Assembly (NCBI GenBank): GCA_043820105.1
Contig: JBDREC010000090.1
Coordinates: forward strand, 124,001 to 188,000
Origin: Pseudomonadota bacterium
GTDB taxonomy: Bacteria; Bdellovibrionota_F; JAHFAK01; JBDREC01
Length of the DNA: 64,000 bases
Reading direction: 5' to 3'
The translations under genes and the position numbers were made by a program. Below are positions 41,962-50,276 of the stretch, piece by piece (positions within the stretch are counted from its first letter, which is position 1; every line of letters begins with the position of its first letter). The notes below the pieces were generated by a model. The model had not been told where the DNA came from and searched no databases. It saw nothing but the letters and a program-made list of their open reading frames with translations.

Positions 41962-42633
41962 ATGAGAGAATTGTCAGGAATTTGGAAATATAATAAAAAC
42001 ATTATTAAAAATAATGATCTTTATTTGTTCAATCAAAATAGGGTAGATAGATGCATTGAAAAGCTATCTCTAAACTCTAATGATACGTTTGTACAATTAG
42101 GTATAGTTGATGGGGAAATTATTTACAGTGCTAGCCAGAAAGTGAAAAAAGCTTATAGTTATGAAAATGATAGTGATGCAATATCTTGGGCTAAAATAAA
42201 AATAGCAGGTTTAAATAATGCTGAAATAATTAATGAAAACCCCCTTGAATGTAATCTAAGGAAATTAACTGTTAACAAGGCTTATTCCTATGCTACAATA
42301 AGTAGATTAGATAAAGCAGGTAAAGTTGAGTTCTTTAAAAAAATCGCGAAACATTTTAGCCAGTATGCTTTATTGTTAATTGAGGATTTTATTCTTAATG
42401 ATGAAACTTCTGATACTTTTACTTATAATAAATCAACTATTTGCGCTCAGGCCTCTGAATACTATGGAGCATTTTGGGAATATATTAAAGAGGATTTCTT
42501 AAGTAAACTAGAAACGGGTCATCCTGCTTCTTTGAGTGATTGGAAAGCAGCTTTATCAGAAGGTGGTTTTTGGGTAACAAACCACTGGCAAATGAGTAGC
42601 TTTTTTGGTGGCATTGTTGCTATGAAGGCATAG
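41962..42633 (+). CDS. Class I SAM-dependent methyltransferase-like protein (degenerate motif I)
   Basis: FVQLGIVDG in place of DxGxGxG; LLLIEDF; ATG 41962 preceded by AAGGAGG. Confidence 0.6.
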   Translation: MRELSGIWKYNKNIIKNNDLYLFNQNRVDRCIEKLSLNSNDTFVQLGIVDGEIIYSASQKVKKAYSYENDSDAISWAKIKIAGLNNAEIINENPLECNLRKLTVNKAYSYATISRLDKAGKVEFFKKIAKHFSQYALLLIEDFILNDETSDTFTYNKSTICAQASEYYGAFWEYIKEDFLSKLETGHPASLSDWKAALSEGGFWVTNHWQMSSFFGGIVAMKA

Positions 42634-42700
42634 AACATAAAATTTCAGTAGACTATTTTTAATAAGACTTATAAAGTTATTTTAGTTTAATAAAATAAGA

Positions 42701-43672
42701 ATGAGCATGCTTTCATATATTCTCTTTTTTATAGGTTTTGTTTTACTCATAAAGGGTTCCGATTATCTTGTTGAGGGATCTTCCTATCTTGCAAAGAAAA
42801 TGGGTATTTCCGATTTAGTAATTGGTTTTACTATTGTATCTATTGGTACGAGCGCACCTGAAATAATTATCTCGTTTATCTCAAGTTTTCAAGGACAGGC
42901 TGATATTGCAATTGGTGATATCCTAGGAAGTAACATAGTAAATATTTCCCTTGGAATTGGAATTGCTGCTATAATATGGCCGGTGAAAGTGCTAAGATCA
43001 ACCATAAAAAAAGAAATTACTTTTAGCTTTTTGGCAATTTTACTTCTTTGCTTAATTGCAAATACCTCGTTTGATAATTCAAATCCATCTACGCTTTCTC
43101 AGATTGAAGGCTTATTTTTATCAATCCTTTTTATAGGATTTTTGTTTTACATTATAAAGCAAGCCAAGGATAACCGAGAAAAAGCTGAATTAACTGATTC
43201 TGATAATAAATTTAAAAATGTTAAGATAGCTACTATTGCTGTTATTGGTGGTTTAATTGCATTGAATTTGGGAGCTAAATGGGTTATTGATGGCGCTGTA
43301 AAAATATCCATTGCAATGGGCGCAAGCCAGGCCTTTATAGGGCTAACCTTAGTGGCAATTGGAACAAGCCTTCCTGAAATTGTTACTTGTATTATGGCAG
43401 CTTTAAAGAGAAAATCAGGCATTATTGTCGGAAATATTATAGGATCTAACATTTTAAATATCTTGTGCGCACTAGGATTTTCAGCTGCAATAAAGGAAAT
43501 GCCTTTTTATGGAAAAAGTAATATGGATATCTTTGTCAATATTATAGCATCGTGCTTATTATTTATCTTCATTTTTATAGGAAAAGAAAAGTTTACGATT
43601 GAAAAGAAAGAAGGTCTTTTATTTGTAATTTTCTATTGTTTCTATCTTGTTTTCTTGTTTTTTAGAGGATAA
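42701..43672 (+). CDS. Ca2+/Na+ antiporter (YrbG family)
   Basis: Two alpha repeats: GTSAPE..GDILGSN and GTSLPE..GNIIGSN. Confidence 0.93.
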   Translation: MSMLSYILFFIGFVLLIKGSDYLVEGSSYLAKKMGISDLVIGFTIVSIGTSAPEIIISFISSFQGQADIAIGDILGSNIVNISLGIGIAAIIWPVKVLRSTIKKEITFSFLAILLLCLIANTSFDNSNPSTLSQIEGLFLSILFIGFLFYIIKQAKDNREKAELTDSDNKFKNVKIATIAVIGGLIALNLGAKWVIDGAVKISIAMGASQAFIGLTLVAIGTSLPEIVTCIMAALKRKSGIIVGNIIGSNILNILCALGFSAAIKEMPFYGKSNMDIFVNIIASCLLFIFIFIGKEKFTIEKKEGLLFVIFYCFYLVFLFFRG

Positions 43673-43679
43673 AGTTTTT

Positions 43680-46600
43680 TTAATAAGATATATCAGCAAT
43701 TCCATATTTTTTCATTTTAACGTTTAGGGTCTGTCTTGCTATACCTAGTAAAGTTGCAGCTTTTGCCTTGTTACCATTGCATTCAATCAGAGCAGTTTCA
43801 ATAGCTTGTTTTTCAATTTCAGAAAGTTTTTTACCATGAGCACTATGTGGGCTTTGTGAAAATCTTTTGTCCATTTCAAGCAAGCTAGAGTTAATAACAT
43901 CCCCTTCAGTTAATACAATCAATCTTTTTATTTCATTTTCAAGTTCTCGAATATTTCCTGGCCAGGTATATTTTGTAAAAAGATTTAATACTGATTTATC
44001 AATTTGCTTTGAATGATCTGTATCATGTTTTTTTAGGAAATAATCAACTAATAGAGGAATATCTTCTAGTCTATCGCGCAGGGGTGGAATCTTTATTTCA
44101 ATAACATTAATTCTGAAATATAAATCTTCACGGAACTTGCCTTCATCAACCATTTGATTAAGATTTCTATTAGTTGCTGAAATAATTCTAACATCAACTC
44201 TAATACTTTTATTTCCACCAACACGTCTGATTTCTCCGTATTGTATGGCTCTTAGAAGTTTTTTCTGCATTTCAACTGACATTTCACCAATTTCATCCAG
44301 AAATAAAGTTCCTTTGTCAGCAAGTTCAAAAATACCACGTTTGTCTCTAACTGCATCTGTAAAGGCACCTTTGACATAGCCAAAAAGTTCACTTTCTAAG
44401 ATGCTTTCAGTTAAAGCTCCACAGTTTTCTGTGAGAAATTGATTGTCATTTCTCATTCCATTAAAATGAATAGCTCTTGCTATTAGCTCTTTTCCTGTAC
44501 CACTTTCACCTATTATTAATACTGGAAAATCACTTTTATTGACCTTATCTAGGATTTCAAATATTTCCATCATCTTTGGGCTTTGTGAGATTATCTTTTT
44601 ATAGTCATATTTAGCGGCTTCATTAATAGTTTTTGCCTTAATTGTCTCTTCAGCAATTTCCTTGCCTTCTTCTGTAATCATTAATCTGTTTTCAAGTTTT
44701 TCATTGAGTACACTAATTTGTTCATTCTTGTTTTTAAGGCTTGATACAAGCTTGGAGTTTGATATTGCTAAGGATGCCTGTCTTGCAAGGTTTGAGAGTA
44801 AATCAATGTCAATATCATTGAAAGCACCAACTTGAGTAGGATCATCAAGATACACAGAGCCAATTACTTTTCCAGAATCTATTAAAGGAAATGAAATAAC
44901 GGATTTTAATTTAAGTTTTTGAATGCTTTTTGATTCAAAAAAGTCCTCAGTGGCATTTTCAATATTAATAATTTTATCATAATTTATTGTTTGATTAAAA
45001 ATTGTTGAAGATATTTCTTGGACATAATCAGCAATATCTTTTTGTTTAAAATTTCTAGCGACTTCAACTTTTAGAATGTCTCCATCCAAAGCCTTCATTA
45101 AAATAAATCCGCGTTTTGCTCCTGAAAAAATAATAGCATTATCAATAATCATATCAAGTAAGTTTTTTAAATTAAACTCACTTGATAAATTCATATTTAT
45201 TTCTAATATCTTTTTTAACTTTGAATGATCAGTAATGCCTTCTTTGGAATATTTTATTTCATTAATAAATTCAGTAGCTGGTTTAATTAAAGGCAAATGT
45301 AAGAAGTTTGGTTTTAAAGTTTCAGGAATGTTTTCAAGAATGCTATTTATAATGATTTCTAGACTTTCTGATTGTTTTTTAGCTTCTTTAATTTTTCCAG
45401 TTGCTAAATAAAATTTACCATATAGTTCATGCAGCAATATTCTTGTTTGATATGTTAAACCGTCAATTCCAGATAAATCTATTCTATCAATAAGTTTCTT
45501 GCAGGTTTTAAGGTCATCGTTTGATAAGGCAATTTTTGCAGCAAGTAGATCTGCAAAAACATTTAGTTTGTAATCGTGTTCACATATTTGTCTTGCTTGG
45601 TTTAAATAGCTCTCAATTTGATCTGTTTTTCCAGAAATTTTCTTAATATGTACTATGTTTAAAAGAGTTTCAGCGTATGCAGTATTTAGGTTTAAGGATT
45701 TGAAAATTTCTGAAGCTTTCTGATAATAGGTAAGTGCATTGTCATATTCACCTTTATAATAATTTATATCTCCAAAAAGGCCATAATTATAGCCTGTCAG
45801 CTGGGTGTTGTTTCTTAAAATGGATAAATTTAAAGAGTCCTGAGCATATTTAGCTGCGTTTTTTAAATCACCCATATCACGATATATTAGACCAATATTA
45901 AAAATACCAGATTCCATTTCCATTGGTTTATCAAGGTTTAAGAATATATTGTAAGATTCCATGTATATTTCAAGAGATTTCGCCAGATTACCTATTTGCA
46001 AAAAGCAATTACCTTTGTTTTGCAAGATTATTGCTCTTCCAAAAATGTCAGAAGATTTTATGGATAATTCAATTGCCTTATCATACCAAGCTATTGCTTC
46101 TGCTAGATTTGACATTTGGAAGTGTATCATACCAATGTTATTTTGAATTCTCATAATGCTTGCTATGTTTCCAAGGTCCTCAGAAAACTCCAGAGAAAGC
46201 CTAAAGTCAGCTTGGGCTTTGGTAAAATCACCTTTATAATAATTAAGCAGTCCTGAGAGATTAAAAAGAGTAATCTTATCTTTTTCGGAAATATTTGCTG
46301 ATTTTTTTAAATTTTCAATTAAGTCATTTGCTTCCTTGTAGTTTGATAAAGATAAAAGCGCTGTTACTTTTAATAGGGTAACTTCAACAAAAACATCCTC
46401 AATTTTATCATCTTTTGCTAACTTAATAGCTTCATCATATATTTCAATACCCTCAGCTATTTGGCCCTTTCTGGTTTTGAGTAGACCAAGACTTGATAAA
46501 ATACGTGCCTTTTTGTGTGGATCAATAATCATTGCTTCTATTCTTGATAAGTATTCCTCAGATTTAGCAAATTCTCCAAGTTTTAGCATTAGTTTTCCGA

Positions 46601-49559
46601 GCTCAAGAAAACAGTTCTCTTTTATGTTTTCCTTTTCTCGGGTATCAATTGCACCCAAAGATAGGAGGGTCATTTGATACATATCCACAGCTTTTTCGAG
46701 TAGGCCATTATCCTGGTAGTATATTGCTGCTTCTTGAGAATATATAGTGGCTTTTGCATTTTCAGAAGCTTGCAGGAAATGATGAGCTATTGATTCTTTA
46801 TATTTATCTTCAAATTGATGGTATTCTTCAAGTTCTTGGGCGATTGCCTTATGGATTTGCTTTGCTTCTTTTTTTCCAATAATAATTTTTACAGAATCTT
46901 TTAATAAATTATCAGCAAGAGATAGGATGTTTACTTCACCTGCTATTGAAGATGAAGATTGAGATGCTAATTGCAATTTCTTCATGGTCAAAAAATTTCT
47001 AGCAATTAGGTTTTCAACTTTCAATAGCAAATCACCATGTGACATTGGTCTGTCCATTCTTTGAATCATAGAAAAAAGTGAATTAATAGTAATAGCTGAT
47101 TCAAATTCAGAAACAATAAAGACAATTGTTCTTTGAACAGGGTCAAGTGATTTGATTCTTTCAGATACGATATCTACGATATTTGTAGGTATTTCCTCAA
47201 ACTCAACTCTTTTTAAATTTATTGTTTTATTTTTAACAGTAAGCGCTGATTTTTCCAAAAGATTAGAAAGAATAATTATTATGTATCCAGGATTTCCTCC
47301 AGAAGAAATGTAGACTTGTTCTAAAAGTTCATCAGAGATTTTCTTGCTCAAAGAAGAGCTAATAATTTGTTCTGTATTTTCTTTGGAAAATCGACTAAGG
47401 TGGATTTCATCTGCCCTTGCAAAATAGGGCACCCTGCTCTTTATTGTTGAGCCAACAGTGTCAGCTCTTCCTTTATCAGAATTTAAAGTAATAATAATCA
47501 TTAATCGATTTTTAAGGTACTTTAATTCATCAAGAAAGAATCTAAAAAATATTATTTGATCCTTGGTAAGGTATTCAGCATTATTAATTATTAAAAGCCT
47601 TGAATGGTTTGTGATATACTTATAAAATCTTTCTGAAAGTCTTTTCAAAACAGAAGATTTAATGGCTGTTGGACCTTCTGAGATTAAATTAATATCTTCA
47701 GAAATTTTTCGTTTTGGCGAACAAAATTCAATAATATCATTAAGGGCATTATCTTCAGTCAAGGTCAGTTGCATTGTCTCAGCTTCAGCCAAGTGTGCAT
47801 GGTTTAAAAGCTCTTCAGTTAATCGCTGCTTGCCAATTCCAGATTCACCGGAAATAGTTGTTATATTAAGAGCTCGAGTATCTTTAAGATCTTTTGAAAA
47901 AGTTAGATTAAAGCCTCTTTTTAATTTTTCAATTTCATTTTCTCTGCCAATAAAAGATGGAATGGAAATGCTAAGCTTTTGAGATAGTTCAGCGCTTGTT
48001 AATAATTCACCTTTTATAAATTCATCTAGCTCATTAATTGCTTCTTTTTCTGATTGATAGCGCTTCCTGGGATCATATTCTATCATTTTTGAGATAATAG
48101 CTTCAAATTGGTCAGGAATATTTTTAACAAAATTTGAAATCGGTATAGCTTTATCATTTTCTATATCATCCATATAATTATCAAAACTATCAAAGGAAAA
48201 TGGGAATTTGCCAGTAAGCACATGATAAATACTGATGCCAAGAGAATAAAGATCAGAGGTAGCACAGGCATTTTTATCAAGCAAAATTTCTGGTGCTGAA
48301 AACAAAAAGGTGCCTCTTGCGATGTTATCTTTTTTTGTTGAAGCAAAGCCAAAGTCTATTAATTTAATTTCAATTTCATTGTCAGAATGTGATTTGAACA
48401 TGATGTTTGATGGCTTGATATCATAATGAACAAGATTTTTCAATTTAATATAAGCCAAAAGATCCAAAATATTATAAATAATAATTGCAGCATCTCTTAT
48501 GGTAATTTTTCGAATAAGGGTGGATAAAGGATCAAAGTCTATGTACTGCATGGTAAAATAAAATCTATCTATATCACGAATATAGGCAAAATCATAAACA
48601 GGGGCTATTAAAGGATGGTTTAATTTGCTTACAATAGAAAACTCTTCTTTAAAAAGTTTAACAGAATCAGGATTAAATTTCTGAGGATTAAGAAGTTTTA
48701 GTGCAAGATGAGTTTCTTTTTCAAGGTCATAGGCTAAGTACACATTACAAGAAGCTCCAGTTCCCAGTAGCCTTTCAAGCTTATATCTTTTTCCAATAAC
48801 TCCACCCAAACTTTTATCAAGCTCAATTTCTTCTTTTAAAAGAAATTTGTCAGATTTTACTTTTAAAATAGAAGAACATTTTTCTGGTATGTACTTTTTA
48901 AATTGATTAAAAATATAAATAAAATGTGGCCGTGTTAATGGCTTTGATGAGGAAGTTTCAAAAAGAAATTTTTTAGATTTAGCTTTTGCTTCAATTATTT
49001 CCCTGCTTAGGCGATCACCATATTTATTATTTGCTGTTATATAATAATTATATTTATTATCTTTTTCTTTTTCTGAAGATAATTTAATACCAATTCTTTC
49101 ATCCTCAATGATAATATCATCTTTTTTAAGTTTAGAAATTTGTTCAGTATTAAGTCCAAGGCATATATAGATAAGAAAGATTGTTTTTCTGGGATCCTCA
49201 AGTTTTTCTAAATTATCAAGAAATATAGAGATTGAGTTATCAGAAACTTTTTCAACTTTTTCAATTCTCTCTGTTTTCACATCCTGGGCAATATTTTCAA
49301 ATTTTTCAATTTTAGCTAAATACTTAAAAAATCCTTTTATTGTTGATACATATTGATTGAAAGTTTGTGAAGAAATATTGGTTTTTTTTACCTTATCCAA
49401 GAATTTATCAAGGTCCTTGGTTTTTAATTCTGAAGCGATTTTGCCTTCAAAATACTCCTGAAATTCATCAAGTCGCCTTTTATAAAGCTCAATCGTTCTT
49501 TTACTACATTTTTTACTTTTTGATAAAAAAGCAATATAAGCTGGAATGTGAATTTGCAT
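43680..49559 (-). CDS. Multidomain regulator: inactive XerC/D-like module + Ser/Thr kinase + degenerate STAND NTPase + TPR + GAF + sigma-54 AAA+ activator + Fis HTH
   Basis: aa1-235 Xer-like (SKRTIELY, STIKGFFKYL, LGLNTEQI, FLF..SSKPLTR); kinase (LGTGAS, ALK, HYDIKPSN, DFG, APE, SDLYSLG); NTPase (FIGRENE, GESGIGKQ, LLIINN); TPRs; GAF (SVISFPL..GSVYLD); activator (GESGTGKE, GAFTDA, LFLDEIG, FREDLYFR, WPGNIRELEN); HTH (GNKAKAATLLGIARQTL). Confidence 0.9.
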   Translation of the reverse strand: MQIHIPAYIAFLSKSKKCSKRTIELYKRRLDEFQEYFEGKIASELKTKDLDKFLDKVKKTNISSQTFNQYVSTIKGFFKYLAKIEKFENIAQDVKTERIEKVEKVSDNSISIFLDNLEKLEDPRKTIFLIYICLGLNTEQISKLKKDDIIIEDERIGIKLSSEKEKDNKYNYYITANNKYGDRLSREIIEAKAKSKKFLFETSSSKPLTRPHFIYIFNQFKKYIPEKCSSILKVKSDKFLLKEEIELDKSLGGVIGKRYKLERLLGTGASCNVYLAYDLEKETHLALKLLNPQKFNPDSVKLFKEEFSIVSKLNHPLIAPVYDFAYIRDIDRFYFTMQYIDFDPLSTLIRKITIRDAAIIIYNILDLLAYIKLKNLVHYDIKPSNIMFKSHSDNEIEIKLIDFGFASTKKDNIARGTFLFSAPEILLDKNACATSDLYSLGISIYHVLTGKFPFSFDSFDNYMDDIENDKAIPISNFVKNIPDQFEAIISKMIEYDPRKRYQSEKEAINELDEFIKGELLTSAELSQKLSISIPSFIGRENEIEKLKRGFNLTFSKDLKDTRALNITTISGESGIGKQRLTEELLNHAHLAEAETMQLTLTEDNALNDIIEFCSPKRKISEDINLISEGPTAIKSSVLKRLSERFYKYITNHSRLLIINNAEYLTKDQIIFFRFFLDELKYLKNRLMIIITLNSDKGRADTVGSTIKSRVPYFARADEIHLSRFSKENTEQIISSSLSKKISDELLEQVYISSGGNPGYIIIILSNLLEKSALTVKNKTINLKRVEFEEIPTNIVDIVSERIKSLDPVQRTIVFIVSEFESAITINSLFSMIQRMDRPMSHGDLLLKVENLIARNFLTMKKLQLASQSSSSIAGEVNILSLADNLLKDSVKIIIGKKEAKQIHKAIAQELEEYHQFEDKYKESIAHHFLQASENAKATIYSQEAAIYYQDNGLLEKAVDMYQMTLLSLGAIDTREKENIKENCFLELGKLMLKLGEFAKSEEYLSRIEAMIIDPHKKARILSSLGLLKTRKGQIAEGIEIYDEAIKLAKDDKIEDVFVEVTLLKVTALLSLSNYKEANDLIENLKKSANISEKDKITLFNLSGLLNYYKGDFTKAQADFRLSLEFSEDLGNIASIMRIQNNIGMIHFQMSNLAEAIAWYDKAIELSIKSSDIFGRAIILQNKGNCFLQIGNLAKSLEIYMESYNIFLNLDKPMEMESGIFNIGLIYRDMGDLKNAAKYAQDSLNLSILRNNTQLTGYNYGLFGDINYYKGEYDNALTYYQKASEIFKSLNLNTAYAETLLNIVHIKKISGKTDQIESYLNQARQICEHDYKLNVFADLLAAKIALSNDDLKTCKKLIDRIDLSGIDGLTYQTRILLHELYGKFYLATGKIKEAKKQSESLEIIINSILENIPETLKPNFLHLPLIKPATEFINEIKYSKEGITDHSKLKKILEINMNLSSEFNLKNLLDMIIDNAIIFSGAKRGFILMKALDGDILKVEVARNFKQKDIADYVQEISSTIFNQTINYDKIINIENATEDFFESKSIQKLKLKSVISFPLIDSGKVIGSVYLDDPTQVGAFNDIDIDLLSNLARQASLAISNSKLVSSLKNKNEQISVLNEKLENRLMITEEGKEIAEETIKAKTINEAAKYDYKKIISQSPKMMEIFEILDKVNKSDFPVLIIGESGTGKELIARAIHFNGMRNDNQFLTENCGALTESILESELFGYVKGAFTDAVRDKRGIFELADKGTLFLDEIGEMSVEMQKKLLRAIQYGEIRRVGGNKSIRVDVRIISATNRNLNQMVDEGKFREDLYFRINVIEIKIPPLRDRLEDIPLLVDYFLKKHDTDHSKQIDKSVLNLFTKYTWPGNIRELENEIKRLIVLTEGDVINSSLLEMDKRFSQSPHSAHGKKLSEIEKQAIETALIECNGNKAKAATLLGIARQTLNVKMKKYGIADISY

Positions 49560-49578
49560 TAATAATAACCTTTTTTCT

Positions 49579-49604
49579 ATTTAACATAAAAAAGTTTAAC
49601 ATAA
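49579..49604 (-). promoter_or_regulatory. Tandem XerD-arm-like direct repeats
   Basis: ATTTAACATAA (49579-49589, reverse complement TTATGTTAAAT) and GTTTAACATAA (49594-49604), 20-45 bp upstream of the ATG at 49559. Confidence 0.6.
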
Positions 49605-49785
49605 AAAACAACTCTATCTTAGCTAAAATATTATGGGATTTCAATAAATTTTTAATAAGTGCTGGTTGCTGGTGATAAAATGGAAAGCAGGTTTCAGAGT
49701 TTATTGTAAAAATTTAATTCCATTTTTTATATATTCAGTAACTTATCTAAATGCATGCTTTTTGAATGGTTGAAAGTATTTTATA

Positions 49786-49986
49786 TTACCACAGGGGCAC
49801 AGAGACACAGAGATAAGAAAAAAATGACTTTAAAGTTTTACTTTAAAGTTATTTTTTAGGAGTTTTTGTTGAATGAATTTTTTACTCTTTTTAGTATGTG
49901 GGTGAAAATAACAGTGGTCTAGAAAAAATCTTAAAAAAGTATTTTAAATGGAATTTAAAATACTTTTTTTCCTAACTCTGTGGTAA
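49786..49986. repeat. About 200-bp element with terminal inverted repeats and two internal palindromes
   Basis: TTACCACAG...CTGTGGTAA ends; (CACAGAGA)n; inverted repeat 49819-49857 (18 bp, 1 mismatch, TTT spacer); perfect 17-bp inverted repeat 49933-49969 (GGA spacer). Confidence 0.7.
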
Positions 49987-50158
49987 AAAAAATGTCCAAA
50001 TTAAGCACAAAACACTCATGAACACCTTTTCCCAAAGATAGCTTGCGCAATGCGGATCATTCTTAATATTTCAAGAAATTAATCACCTTTAACATAAAAA
50101 AATCATTACCAAAAACATAACTTGCCGTAATCAAAGCACATAAATTCTGGCAATATTT

Positions 50159-50174
50159 TGGCACAAGGCATGCA
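50159..50174 (+). promoter_or_regulatory. Sigma-54 promoter
   Basis: TGGCAC-AAGGC-ATGCA upstream of the 50277 lipoprotein gene, divergent from the activator gene. Confidence 0.7.
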
Positions 50175-50202
50175 TATTATAATTGTAGATTTAAGAAAAT
50201 TT

Positions 50203-50262
50203 TAAGTCGTAAGTCGTAAGTCGTAAGTTATACTTACCACTTACCACTTACCACTTACCACT
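50203..50262. repeat. Opposed heptamer arrays (GTAAGTC)n/(ACTTACC)n in a 5' leader
   Basis: taagtcgtaagtcgtaagtcgtaagt-tat-acttaccacttaccacttaccacttaccactt; imperfect hairpin just before the RBS. Confidence 0.85.
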
Positions 50263-50276
50263 TTTTCGGAGGGGAA

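Noticed and set aside
48850-49559. Active integrase or prophage boundary
   Set aside because: Catalytic Arg replaced, HxxR and Tyr absent, fused in frame to a kinase, and no phage structural genes or att duplication seen.
49570-49625. Chromosomal dif site
   Set aside because: Only XerD-arm-like halves in direct orientation; no XerC arm at 6-bp spacing.
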